From IMG/VR virus record IMGVR_UViG_3300002307_000144, positions 1 to 33,927 of that record: DNA of 33,927 nucleotides; one strand, given 5' to 3'. Made by a program: the position numbers and the translations under genes. This stretch comes from a virus. Its lineage: Duplodnaviria > Caudoviricetes. Within the stretch, counting starts at the first letter, position 1, and each line of letters starts with the position of its first letter. Of the stretch, positions 28,201-33,927 are shown one piece after another. The notes below the pieces were generated by a model that saw only the letters and a program-made list of their open reading frames with translations, was not told the DNA's origin and did not search any database.

Positions 28201-28532
28201 TTTCCGCCAAACACCTTAATTTGGTTAATGTAATCTTGATAGTCCCTAAAAAACGTATTATTACCTAAACTATCGTTAACAACTAATCCAGGTTCTAATT
28301 GATAATTTTGTCTTGTATCATCCACTGCATCGACAAATATATCAGCACCAGTTGTTGCTTTGGCATTTTGACGACCGATATATCCATTAACTTGTTTAAC
28401 AGTACCCGGTTGTATTAATTGATCAACTGTCGCATGTAAAAATTTAGTATTTGCATCGGTACGAAAATACTTAGGTAAAAATTCTGAACTTAGGGTTGTA
28501 TTGTTTCCAGTTGGGTTACTGTTATCGGCCAT
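13245..28532 (-). CDS. Giant (~5,095 aa) multidomain virion structural protein, putative gp7-like baseplate wedge/scaffold
   Basis: Uninterrupted 15.3-kb ORF directly after the gp6-like gene. N-terminal FLPKYFRT..KFL motif, cupredoxin-like domain, CBM5/12-like repeats, FG-GAP-like propeller, GxGY repeats and VYxNG/DY beta-sandwich repeats. The ORF track start is 28544; ATG 28532 has a GGAG SD. Confidence 0.8.
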   Translation of the reverse strand: MADNSNPTGNNTTLSSEFLPKYFRTDANTKFLHATVDQLIQPGTVKQVNGYIGRQNAKATTGADIFVDAVDDTRQNYQLEPGLVVNDSLGNNTFFRDYQDYINQIKVFGGNVQQHARLNSEEFYSWNPHINWDKFVNFQNYYWLPNGPSIIPIFGTQQKITSTYDVSIQNELGDNVYIFSPTGVLGLTPNPTIKLYKGQTYIFDIKSLGNPFSIKTSRTSGVLDRYTNLGVSGYAVENGTITFTVPNDAPKTLYYVSESDPNVGGVFEIYTINENTFINVEKEIIGKKTYILENGTSLSNGMKVTFIGTVEPSIYATGNYYIEGVGLGICLIKESSLEIIGPYTTTESVLFDDTPFDSLPFSNAASYPGVSDYIVVNRSSNDRNPWSRNNRWFHIDVIKASAIANGTIAVLDHTARAVRPIIEFEAGLKLFNFGINAVDDVDLIDTVTTDVFSIIEGSNGYNIDGVDLVSGHTIIFAADNDIRVKNKTFQVEIVDVIQTSESVSTDATETVATGNTVIVGSTANLEVGRLIVFSGAAIGDIIPGKNYYISSILNDTTITISNTFKGPVALQKNAKGTMLVASFHEITTKKIRLVEFQEPQSLQTVLVRRGVKNQGVSYWYDGANWMQSQIKTIVNQSPLFDIVDDDKISYSNVSTYPGSTFIGTKVFSYNIGAGTSDTILGFPLSYGNINNIGDILFNFNLATDYFEYKSTTDIIRKDVNIGYLVKSTDNGVLTYVNGWQTVDSALTQAAVRIYKNSKVVNNFPLDIFDNINNLPDLKIVVYVNGIRLDISNWAISDGTKYKVITLVKDISLSDVLTVKAFAKQQINNNGFYEIPYNLQNNPFNTLINSFSLGEVIDHLNSIVDNLTTFIGTNPGTNNLRDLGNIAQYGTKFLQHSSPLSLSIYHITSEQNNVIRAIDYAKVEYTKFKRNFITTSEQIGIDADPVIMVDLILQKMFKDKPKTAPYYFSDMVAFGPSTKNDLTVIDYRIKSYPLHHSWASSFSLDKLSSHAVLVYLNGTQLLTEHEYTFDNQGFVIISANMNNGDIITIYEFENTNGCFVPPTPSKLGLWPTVDPRVYLDTSLVNHTWTIQGHDGSHTVLYGEIVNGVFTDYRDAILLELERRIYNNIKVKYNSDIFDIYDIIPGYNRATEYNLTEFNEILSPNFYKWVKHVGIDYSQNQGFDRNTNLTFNYSYFDLPNGTSCPGYWRGIYNWVLDTDSPDRTPWEMLGFNDKPTWWDEVYGPAPYTSNNLIMWQDLTDGRVRQPGVPAVILSKFSRPDLINHIPVDEIGNLLDPLTAGWAAGVLTPEVANDFVFGDQGPVEGAWRRSSDYPFSFLIAAFLMKPAKTFGTLLDRSRIVRNLAGQLVYADTKLRINPNNIIIPSIYSSNTNIQTAGIINYIVDYVVGADLTSYNQYVYDLSNITVQLSYRLGSFSSKDQFNLILDSRSPLSSGGVFVPQENYTLILNSSSPVTQISYSGVIVTKLAAGFEVKGYSQEKPYFSYYQWIQAGVNINVGGISEVYSVWTSGVEYYVGNIVQYNNQFYRVTVTNNTSPENLNYYAKLSTLPIVGGRDANIRIGWDRTKVLNIPYGTLLGTIQDVVDFLLGYEQYLIDQGFLFNTFNNNLNTVVNWTTSAKEFMFWTTQNWSASVGKWEQWLPNIEFVSGTIIQYQGDFYRVLPNVTNSTEFNIQNFIKIDGLSTVGSSVISLSPAAAGLTFTTNNAIVDDITNSFYTYEILKVDGTPVLSNNIKISRIGNVTQYIPKINEEIYNATFYLVQKEQILLLDQTTIFNDVIYSPATGYRQERIKLSAHVGTSWDGSFNIPGFIFDQAIIKTWQEWQDYQLGDTVKYQQFYYSANSFLPGSAVFNPAAWSLLSSKPTPKLIPNWSYKASQFADFYSLDSDNLDSNQQTVAHHLIGYQKRQYLDNIIQDSVSEFKFYQGMIRDKGTQNAFSNLFNVLTNERQESLSFYEEWAARAGQYGATASFEEIEFTLDESLFKSNPQGVELLNTTVPRYGTVNTVVSTKIINRGTGYKPNQSFNVKVPTTTGHCVLNVTTDSNGKIIAVNDIVTPGLFSVIGKTGNIIGGNGTGAFIELVYGLIPSLTDYSIIKLLPDDIYLKPTGYNSNPWPLTDNSNLYLRSAGYVRLSDVKIAIGKIDTLLTNNPWDSTVEYKVNDIVVYIDQNTNEYTNYVATVGNINAIPSETSDSWSPFNMGDYIWCGFDQNDWNVYRYSSLYMKVLSITSVIVNNTAELQIDTESLVTVKVGSVIALSQTDKFLAGFYKVVSVNLSSFNVISASTPTSILEFAPSLQIIVFALTSQRISSINVADSITSRNLLPKELIWTDDNGHGTGAWGVWEYNKVYIPSVILNPLPVQYSNVGSSVAITSNSNFLVITDKTGTFYIRDKSGAESAWVLRQTIPSEVISKYADSSFVNRYTGSVLAVSTQSLENSNKWIAAGIPQASHVRTKYQGLWQRLNTYNQNDIVKDPLSNVFYQANTAILVDYPPTCIVTELTIGTVINESGAGPSVPGQQIIFQSAIGNLVPNFIYYISRILSETEFTISDTYRGDELVLSPDTNNVFVTLWQEYWNTLEYIPVDLAGTDSTLMNQGAISLYQVDKNNISTLVDTIISPNPTDGEQFGTNIVFGNDTLFVSAPGGNGGKGVVYQLVYEPVVICQRFYNPTFSGAGISPTNTSNSGTTIRVSNTIGIKVGMGIVGTGFTKGQYVAKIIDLTTFISDIAPDSEPTGLLQFTVTQWHFKDIIGFYSNQVAVGANFGYRTAISLDASTLTISSEGVRTISGIDPGRVFVYKQTTPGGTDYSQRLTITGDNIRFGEGLAVSGQGDYIAVSSPLYDGLKLSQGNVSVYKYNLGTGDEYRWYQDLVNTTPEAAQNFGSKLSFMNNFDTLVVFSRSSTNYQPIHFDGDTTTFDEKATEFSANHNGIGRVDIYDQYGANSANGNWVYSESLPNNTDNESMYGSCISVGSNSVIVGAPVGYDDNIRSGIVYEYTKPAYSQQSSSYTLTEINTEVNRVDVSKIKKVFLYNKSTEVIVSHLDIVDSLQGKILGVADEELTYKLYYDPAVYSFGDGSVPLNAGHAWSTIQVGQLWWDLRTAKFFNCYDSDVVYRNNTWNRLFPGSSIDIYEWVETTLLPSEWDAIADTVPGLAKGVSGISLYGDSAYSIVSNYNTLNESYTQKYYYWVKNNKLIPATENRTISASSVSELISNPRSTGNKFIAFTGSNSVSLFNVKPLLENSEIVLSVQYWINENSNRNIHSQWNLISSSPGTRIPGLIEQKWFDSLCGLDLQGRTVPDPTLPLKIRYGVENRPRQGMFINRFEALKQLIEQANRVLINHQVVDQFNLSKLETIDEIPNTIQGRYDIVIDTDAELSYVNTSNFKVPSLIPIIVDGRITGVKIVDPGKGYVYAPFIEVVGTGKGSVIKSIINSYGQIIGVDVIMPGEGYDSQTLLLTRSGAVLVKTDSTSFNKWAIYYYDVTTEVWSKVDTQAYDTTQFWYYIDWYQSGYNQFTTYTLVVNTFVELSTLQAEIGSLVKVITNNSGNWVLLKKYTNSTSTDWTQSYVIVGAQNGTIQFRSSLYEFDNTIYGYDNSLYDAEVYDDYASSEIRYILNAIKNDIFIDNLEQEYINLFFTSVRYILNEQLYVDWIFKTSFIKAQHNVGSLSQKVTYNNDHLSDFQSYVAEVKPYRTKIREYISNYNSLDVNYQAATDFDLPAVIKNGEMVPVSVDLIAGKIGSIDSTINTYPWKFWLDNVGFSITNLAIINGGSGYISNPIVEIVSNSGSGAQAVAYISKGTVNRIIIVKSGSGYLTAPTINLVGGLASNGTSAKAVAILGNSVIRSNLIKMKFDRITQTYFITELQETETIIGTGSKLQFPLAWAPDIRIGQSTITIDNSNVLRDTYRLKIVASKQLGYTKYSGLLVFDTAPSKGAVINISYIKDWSILNAADRIQYYYNPVTGSIGKDLSQLMTGIDYGGVTVTGLGFEINRGWDSSAYYSDRWDSSDDSFTDYIKTVSVVSNTFTLPYTPAAGTQINIYYAAAGTDKINAVRIDDPSYVGIPLVNKPSVVMATVVATGVSNTILIPDTFTITTNDTFIFRQSTSDGSISPLQDDYDTALIGGTLDNVNRVYTTATGLAADDIIVDGNGFVTTTTCPATEEVVPGQVVDTLAIKVYDRPSTSSAIILTDTYYGNGSQTEFAMSQTPNSDQAVLVKLISGYQNSTNQYTDTKLMLIDTDYTVDYRAASVIFKTAPPVGTVASITSVGFNGSNILDIKTFIANGSTNTFITTAPWITPVTSLIYIDGVQLNTSDYKLFKTTETNGLANLIGISLYEPPLADKLITYIIVSGTSQTFSIMKSEKITANGSISYPLENQVGSSLPYEGNMIVRVGQEIIKGPNVIPFIIRTVSTNKDLIYAISPDYAMPNSVNIIDVSVIVSAGILLTPITDYIVDLSGISVKLTKTIAKKYVGTDLYISIQQHPGYIYTPSNGTALPHLTFDIAYDNATIEVISFYKQDILKIGRTNVNVAFNNTLIPNTLEYFSHLQIFNRQLKLNRTILDDSYVWVIRNSTILTPSIDFKLNDDRSSITLAATPMINDDFALITFDSNILKPGISYMQFKDMLNRYQYKRLSSYKQAKLCQNLLYNDLTIAVDYAGNFSLPDPSSNRPGIIEIRGERIEYFTTTHVLDNSNDYYRLGQLRRGTLGTGTPAFHAVGSCVQEIGSSETMPYSDTTIIQQYTIPAPELLNVSITSKNGAFSCKTSSLVVGQEITINGTIGGTGSIVNYTTGKIYYIITTNGSTTFTLSEQFNGSAIKTKIGIPVGLTYTLTDISNNIIPLTFIPSATSIDRWFTDYGYTFRNEFSSTVSYTVNDVVSYNGYYYANILSYVANLSLPAITVPSQGYYWKVYSSIPVGYQQCNDIEVFVGGYDDSLTWESTVHYAIGTIVNIGSYTYKCIIEHTSSTSFKADIKHWSFFIGNIRLKKEPYSVFNVNQAPDSPAGDVRFDADFSVDGTSQEIRLTNSLAVGTRVTIIKRTLVNWDKETSVLYDTGKVGAFLKEVPGIWYTGITKYESNRRMVTLDTYTATFDGAKNTFDQG

Positions 28533-31500
28533 TAGATGCTCCATATGGTGCGCTTGTAATATTTTGAGATATAGAAGAGTTAATAGTAGTTCCTGCGATT
28601 GCTTTGAGTACAGATGGTGTTAACGCTGATACAATTTCAATATCGTTAACTGTTGCACCATTAATAAACAATTGATCGCTAGGTGCTGTTATTTCAAATA
28701 AGTTTCCAAATCCGATACCACCTTGTCGAGGAACTATTACAAAACTAGTAATATTTGGTGCTAATTCTTTCATTACGTATGCTGCTAATTCTGAGAAATA
28801 AAAGGTGTCGCCAAAATCCCAGTTTTCTAAAGCAAAAAATTGGTTGATTGCATTTAATACACTTGACTGTATATAACTGTCGGAATTAACTTGTGCAGTA
28901 TTTTTTACCACTTTAAATGATGCTTGAACATCAGGGGTTGCATATGACCCAAATAAAATCTTATATGTTGCCGAATGATACACTACCTCATCTGATATAG
29001 ATTTAACAAGGTTTAGCTTCGGTGCTAGCAAATTATACAATTCATTTGAACTCGGAGGTAATGGGCGAGTTAACGACGAAGGCGACATTAACCATTGTCT
29101 ATATGCTAAATCATAACTTGCCGTTAACACATAAATGTCAATAATGTTGCTTGGACTTGGATCTATTCTTGATTCATAATCTGCACTATGAGTATACTGA
29201 AATTTTAATTTATCTCTTCCAGTATACATCTTATAATCTAAGGTAGGTTCTAAAATACCAGTAGATATGTTTAAGGTAAGAACTGTATCAGTGTCAATAC
29301 AATAAAAATAACGACCGGCTACTGCATTGCTATATGGAATATCCGCTTTGGTATTTACAATAACAACTACGCCGGCATCATTATTAAAATATGTATAATC
29401 TTCCTGAGCTTGATTAATAATGTATTTCTGTTCAACAATATACTTTGTGGTTGCATTTACTGTTGGATTAACAATATTAACAAAATATTCTGGATTATCG
29501 ACTACGCCGTTGTTATCTGTATCGGGGAAAGATATAATTAATTTAGAATTATCAATATAACCATCCGAACCGATATATCCAGATACTACATCCCACGGTA
29601 GATCATTAGTAAATGCGGTTGTGCTATCTGGTTGTGTATTAATACTAAGAATGTTGATTTGATCTTTAACTAGTGTATTAGAATTGATATCATAGATCTT
29701 ATGTGTGCCATCGAAATAAAATCTTAATTGTCGTTCACTTTCAAATACATACTGTTGTTCTCTCGATTGAACAGTATAAACAACATTATCAGTTGTGAAC
29801 AATAATAACCAACTAGAATCCTGTTGTTGATTTGTTGAATCGCCTTGATAAGCTAATGTGAACGGATTTGTTACATTCAAATTAGTTTCAAAAATAATTT
29901 GCCATGTTTGTGTAATTGCGTTATAACTTAATCCAAATGCATTATTAGAGAATATCAATTCAATCATTTCTGTCATAATAACAGGTTTAATAATAGTGTT
30001 CCAGGCCGGAATAATTTGATTAATCACTGGATAGATACCGTTCGAAGTATCAATTTTTCGATTTAACGTAATCGGACCGTATCCTGATGACAATTTGCCG
30101 GTGCCCGTTGCAGTTCCGTTGTCAATAACTGATACTACCGCAACCCATATGGTCATTTCCGATCCGGCGGCCGTTGCACTTCCTAATACTAATTTGTTCG
30201 AGTGTAAAGTATCAAAATAATATCCCGTCGGTGCCGTAAATTTAATCAGAGTGCCGGGAATAAAATACTTCAAATCATTTGTTGTATAACTTCCGACCGG
30301 ATAAATTTCTGACGAATTTTCTATACCAGTAATATACCCTGTAGACATGCCAGTATCAGTAGTAACACTGACCCAATTAATCGATAAACTAGAAGTAATA
30401 TAATTTAAGTATTTTGAATAATAATAATTTCTTAAACTAGTTTTTTGTAATATTGGATATATTGTATTAAGAATAATTCCTTGAATATCTGTTTTAGTCT
30501 GATATTTAAATGCAATTTGGGGGTTAGTCGATTCCGAATAAATTACCCCGTCAGATCCAAACAACATGGTTGAACTATATGCACCTGTTGGATCTTTTAG
30601 ATCAAAATATCTGCTAATACCGCTAGATGTTCTATTAATCGATTTAATCTTTACAACGTGTGTGCTTGCTGATAACGGACTAATATTGTAGTCTTCACCT
30701 GTAATCATACGATTTTGTGTATAATACATCTGAGGAGCATTTGTTTTTATACTAGCATTTGATTCTGTCGAATTTGCATTTGCTACACTAGTTTGCAAAT
30801 TTAAAGTGATAGATAATTGTTCTGGGGTGTTAGCATGAGAAGTGTATGGGATTGTAATTGTAACGCTACGAATGTCTTGAACATTGATTACATATGATAC
30901 TCCGTTACTTACTCTATAATATGCACGAAATGTTCCTAGAGGTAATTGACCAAACGTACCGTCACTAAATTGAAGGCTAACCATATCGCCGACCCGAGAA
31001 ATAATTTGATATATTGTTTTTATGTTTTGATTTAGACTATTATAGATAATATTATTACCAACTAAATTAGGAACTTTTGACCACAAGGTCGATTCATTAC
31101 CACTAGCATCTAATTGATATAGCCACACATCACTTTCGTTAATGTTATTTGCGTTAATGTCAATTGATTCGTTACTACTCGGCTGACTGATAGTAAATGT
31201 TCCTTGATTTAACGTGCCTTGTACAAAATTTAAAAAAAATCCTGTCCCCGGACTGCCTGCTCCCATTCCGTCATTACTGTAGATACATGCAAGTGTATTA
31301 TTTGCACTCGGCGGTTCTTCATAAATGTAATCTTTTCCGCTAAATGTTGTACTAGTAATTTCAAAATTTGTATTATTACCAGACACTGCTTTAGTAAATG
31401 CAAAAATAGGAAGACCTGTGATGGTACTATTAAATCTATATTGTTCAGTAGGAATAGAATATATCGTTGCGTTATCTGCAGGATTCCCAAACTGTTGGCT

Positions 31501-31998
31501 CGACGGAAATGCTGCATTTAACACTTTGAAAAATTGATCGTACCAGTTATTGTTTGTTGAATCATTCCATATGATTGTTTGGCCGGACAAGTTAAGACCG
31601 TTACTATCAATTACGTTTTCTGTAGTAACTACTGTATTAAATTTCAATAATCCTTGAGCTGCAACGTTACGTGTAGGATTATAACTGATCATCCTAGCTA
31701 AACGTAAGACCGCATCAGTTCTTTCTGCTAATTCTAAAAAATTGTTTCTTGCATTTAAATCAATACGAAATGCAATACTCTGCCCCATATATGCAATAAG
31801 GTCAATTAATGCTAGATATTCTGAACTTTCGATATAATCATTAAAATCTTCAGGAAAATTTATACGAAGATAATCAATCATCGTTCGTCTTAAATTTTCA
31901 AAATCATAACTTTGAAAATCTGCATTTTTAAACGATTGATATATTTTTTTCCAATCTTCTGAAATAAGAAGATTATTTAAACGATCTGTAGAGCTCAT
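28522..31998 (-). CDS. Baseplate wedge subunit, T4 gp6-like (enlarged)
   Basis: 1158 aa. DFQSYDFENLR..LIDLIAYMG..NFLELAE..VLRLARMISYNP, LQFSDGTFGQLP, ESNASIKTNAP..YTQNRMITGEDY and WDFGDTFYFSEL are gp6/BaseplateJ-like motifs. Follows the gp25-like gene. Confidence 0.88.
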   Translation of the reverse strand: MSSTDRLNNLLISEDWKKIYQSFKNADFQSYDFENLRRTMIDYLRINFPEDFNDYIESSEYLALIDLIAYMGQSIAFRIDLNARNNFLELAERTDAVLRLARMISYNPTRNVAAQGLLKFNTVVTTENVIDSNGLNLSGQTIIWNDSTNNNWYDQFFKVLNAAFPSSQQFGNPADNATIYSIPTEQYRFNSTITGLPIFAFTKAVSGNNTNFEITSTTFSGKDYIYEEPPSANNTLACIYSNDGMGAGSPGTGFFLNFVQGTLNQGTFTISQPSSNESIDINANNINESDVWLYQLDASGNESTLWSKVPNLVGNNIIYNSLNQNIKTIYQIISRVGDMVSLQFSDGTFGQLPLGTFRAYYRVSNGVSYVINVQDIRSVTITIPYTSHANTPEQLSITLNLQTSVANANSTESNASIKTNAPQMYYTQNRMITGEDYNISPLSASTHVVKIKSINRTSSGISRYFDLKDPTGAYSSTMLFGSDGVIYSESTNPQIAFKYQTKTDIQGIILNTIYPILQKTSLRNYYYSKYLNYITSSLSINWVSVTTDTGMSTGYITGIENSSEIYPVGSYTTNDLKYFIPGTLIKFTAPTGYYFDTLHSNKLVLGSATAAGSEMTIWVAVVSVIDNGTATGTGKLSSGYGPITLNRKIDTSNGIYPVINQIIPAWNTIIKPVIMTEMIELIFSNNAFGLSYNAITQTWQIIFETNLNVTNPFTLAYQGDSTNQQQDSSWLLLFTTDNVVYTVQSREQQYVFESERQLRFYFDGTHKIYDINSNTLVKDQINILSINTQPDSTTAFTNDLPWDVVSGYIGSDGYIDNSKLIISFPDTDNNGVVDNPEYFVNIVNPTVNATTKYIVEQKYIINQAQEDYTYFNNDAGVVVIVNTKADIPYSNAVAGRYFYCIDTDTVLTLNISTGILEPTLDYKMYTGRDKLKFQYTHSADYESRIDPSPSNIIDIYVLTASYDLAYRQWLMSPSSLTRPLPPSSNELYNLLAPKLNLVKSISDEVVYHSATYKILFGSYATPDVQASFKVVKNTAQVNSDSYIQSSVLNAINQFFALENWDFGDTFYFSELAAYVMKELAPNITSFVIVPRQGGIGFGNLFEITAPSDQLFINGATVNDIEIVSALTPSVLKAIAGTTINSSISQNITSAPYGASNGR

Positions 31999-32016
31999 AT
32001 CCTATCCTAATAATGA

Positions 32017-32024
32017 TATTTATC
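32017..32024 (-). promoter_or_regulatory. Putative late promoter GATAAATA
   Basis: Intergenic, 18 nt upstream of ATG 31998, followed by AGGA SD elements. Confidence 0.6.
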
Positions 32025-32045
32025 GAATAAAATTATGTGGGTATA

Positions 32046-32495
32046 TTATTGTGCAAGGAATCCATTAGCTTGATCAAATTTTAGTTGCAACGTTTGACTG
32101 ATGTTATAAGGCAAATATGTTAATACGCACTCGATTTGTATTCCCATATCATACGGCGTTACAATAATAGTTTGAGCGCTAATTCTCGGATCATAATTAA
32201 GAATCTGATCAACATTATTTGTAATAAGTGTTTTGACCTCATTGGTTAACGGTTCAAATAACATATCCCAGATTACTGTGCCGAATGAAGGATTCATAAG
32301 ACGCTCCCCTTGCCGTATATGAAAATGATTCAATAAGTCCTGTTGTATTAACTGAAAATCAAACAACCCGTAGTTCTCAGTGTCGGCACTAACTGTACTA
32401 AATCCGCGATATGTTTTGGGAGCAATTGTATTTAATTGACCGGTGCTCGGAGGATTTAATGTAATTTTGTTGTAAAGATTTGCTATCGAACTCAT
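32046..32495 (-). CDS. Baseplate wedge / sheath-initiator subunit, T4 gp25-like (GPW_gp25)
   Basis: 149 aa. LIQQDLLNHFHIRQGERLMNPSFGTVIWDMLFEP...ILNYDPRI is the gp25 signature. ATGA overlap with the spike gene. Confidence 0.92.
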   Translation of the reverse strand: MSSIANLYNKITLNPPSTGQLNTIAPKTYRGFSTVSADTENYGLFDFQLIQQDLLNHFHIRQGERLMNPSFGTVIWDMLFEPLTNEVKTLITNNVDQILNYDPRISAQTIIVTPYDMGIQIECVLTYLPYNISQTLQLKFDQANGFLAQ

Positions 32496-33927
32496 TTTTG
32501 TGGCCTCTTAACTTTTGAGAATGGATCTACTTTCGTAGTATACTTTGGTGGTTTAGTCACATTTGCATCTATCCACCATTGTGCAGGTTTTGACAAGCTA
32601 GTGCTGTTACCGTCATATCTTCCGTCAACATCTCTATCAGTTGTCTTTGGAACATATAATGTAGGATCCAAATTCTCGTGCTGAGGATACGGTTCGTGTG
32701 TCGGAGCTCGTCGTGTAATTGATTTCAGTGTTTGTTTGTCAACATTTGTAGGTAATGTATGAGTTTTTAACACCTTTCCCGGAATCACAATCGGTGCAGA
32801 AGGACCATTCATATGAATCTGCTGTGCTTCTTCTATGTGAAGTGCCTTACTTTTAAATGTAGTATCTTTACCGGAATCAAAGCTAATATCATCGAGTACC
32901 GTTTTAATTTCAAACTTTTTCAGTTTACATGTAATTTTACCATTACCTTCTGCTATAACGATATCAAAATCTTTAACTGTTTCGATTTGTGCTTGATTAT
33001 TTGCCTTTATATTAACATTTCGACCCGATTCAATATTTACATCTCTATCTGCAAAGAAATTTAAATCATTATTCGAATGGATGTTAATACTGTCGGCAGA
33101 ATAGATATCAATCTTTCCGTTGCTGGTTAATTCGATCCATGCCGTTCCTCTAGAATTTCCGATGTATATTAAATCTTCGCTGTTATGCAAAAGAATTTGA
33201 TGGCCTGTTCTTGTACGAATTCTAACTAATTCGTTATGCGGAATAGTAACATTGCCCCCGGACTCGCCTTGAGAAACCGATACATAATCAGGAGGCCCTG
33301 CTTTATCTCCTCCGGCGGGTTTCTTTCTTAAAAATTTGTCATCACCATCGTCCATTACAAAAGTAGTTCCACCTAATCGACTAACAAACACATTAGCAGT
33401 AGATCCTTCTTTACCCATCGTTCCGGTTTTTGCTCCCGGTTGTTTGTCAATCGGTCCAGGGGTAGAAATGCCAAATACTGTACTCGGTACTTCTCTTCTA
33501 GCACTACTAGTTGTAATTCCTCTAATATCATCGCGGAGTAACCCTTGCGCTGTAAAAACACCTGTTATTGGGTGTTTGGGCTTTTTAATTTTTGTCTGAT
33601 CGTTAGTCGGCGTTGTATTAACTTTTTTATTATATTCAGCAACTGGTAATCGGCCGGTGCCGTCACTAACATATTGTGTTGCAGCAATACCCGGAACCAT
33701 GAAATTCATTGCTTCATCCGGGACACATCCTATCCAAAACCCTCTTTTTGGATCGCCATCGATAAAGATAACCATTACAGTTGTTCCTACATCGGGCGGA
33801 ACAAACCACATTCCATAACTTTTTTGAGTATCGTTATACGTATCTTGATCACCTACATAGTCAACTCCTGTGCAACCATAAAACGGAGTCATCATTCTTA
33901 CTTGGTGTAGCTGGCCCGGCGCGTTAG
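32492..33927 (-). CDS. Baseplate hub/central spike, T4 gp5/VgrG-like (5' end outside the window)
   Basis: OB-fold signature GMWFVPPDVGTTVMVIFIDGDPKRGFWIGCV and beta-helix repeats (IRTRTGHQILLHNSEDLIYI..WIELTSNGKIDIYS..INIHS). The frame stays open upstream of ATG 33895 to the window edge (..NAPGQLHQVRMMTPF). Confidence 0.85.
   Translation of the reverse strand, partial: NAPGQLHQVRMMTPFYGCTGVDYVGDQDTYNDTQKSYGMWFVPPDVGTTVMVIFIDGDPKRGFWIGCVPDEAMNFMVPGIAATQYVSDGTGRLPVAEYNKKVNTTPTNDQTKIKKPKHPITGVFTAQGLLRDDIRGITTSSARREVPSTVFGISTPGPIDKQPGAKTGTMGKEGSTANVFVSRLGGTTFVMDDGDDKFLRKKPAGGDKAGPPDYVSVSQGESGGNVTIPHNELVRIRTRTGHQILLHNSEDLIYIGNSRGTAWIELTSNGKIDIYSADSINIHSNNDLNFFADRDVNIESGRNVNIKANNQAQIETVKDFDIVIAEGNGKITCKLKKFEIKTVLDDISFDSGKDTTFKSKALHIEEAQQIHMNGPSAPIVIPGKVLKTHTLPTNVDKQTLKSITRRAPTHEPYPQHENLDPTLYVPKTTDRDVDGRYDGNSTSLSKPAQWWIDANVTKPPKYTTKVDPFSKVKRPQK

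Noticed and set aside
13245-28532. Tape-measure protein or intein-containing gene as the explanation for the giant ORF
   Set aside because: The sequence is beta-rich and aromatic rather than Ala/Gln-rich helical, and no intein or LAGLIDADG motifs were recognised by eye.
17645-33561. Short alternative-frame minus-strand ORFs (17645, 17903, 19586, 27248, 31230, 33373)
   Set aside because: They are nested within long genes, are 60-95 aa and carry no recognisable motifs.
445-33910. All plus-strand ORFs (e.g. 12793..13293, 16714..17286, 10403..10681, 33336..33599)
   Set aside because: They are antisense shadows of well-supported minus-strand genes. Their P/V/L/T-rich content mirrors sense-strand Gly/Asn/Thr codons, and no independent motifs were recognised.
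1-33927. Stop-codon reassignment (no called gene ends in TAG)
   Set aside because: Genes are full length under the standard code, including a 15-kb ORF, so no readthrough is needed. TAA/TGA preference is expected in AT-rich DNA with ATGA overlaps.
28522-33927. Bacterial T6SS / eCIS / tailocin locus instead of a phage
   Set aside because: T4-like gp6 and gp9/gp10 features, multiple fibres, late-promoter-like motifs and the absence of T6SS membrane/ATPase or host genes favour a jumbo phage. Capsid genes are not in the window, so this is not formally excluded.

Overview
An AT-rich, very densely coding segment of a large (jumbo-type) tailed myophage genome. All credible genes are on the minus strand in one near-continuous run with many overlapping stop/start codons. 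In transcription order (right to left) it has two parts. (1) A T4-like contractile-tail baseplate/fibre module: a gp5/VgrG-like spike (5' end outside the window), gp25-like and enlarged gp6-like wedge proteins, a ~5,100-aa multidomain protein in the gp7 position, a gp9/gp10-like fibre, a 199-aa structural protein, three fibres sharing an N-terminal module but with different C-termini, and two Ser/Thr-rich paralogues. (2) Directly downstream, a coupled cassette: a 116-aa protein, two paralogous GT-A (DxD) glycosyltransferase-like genes, a 211-aa unknown, a GT2-like gene, and a repeat-built GT-like gene missing from the ORF track because it runs off the left edge. An ATAA(A/G/C)TA motif resembling a T4 late promoter sits in all five longer intergenic gaps. 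The best candidate for an under-described system is this late-expressed multi-glycosyltransferase cassette attached to the tail-fibre operon (putative virion or fibre glycosylation). A second candidate is the giant scaffold protein with glycan-binding-like repeats and repeated aromatic-Asp motifs that may dock fibres. All product calls come from motif recognition by eye; no database search was run.
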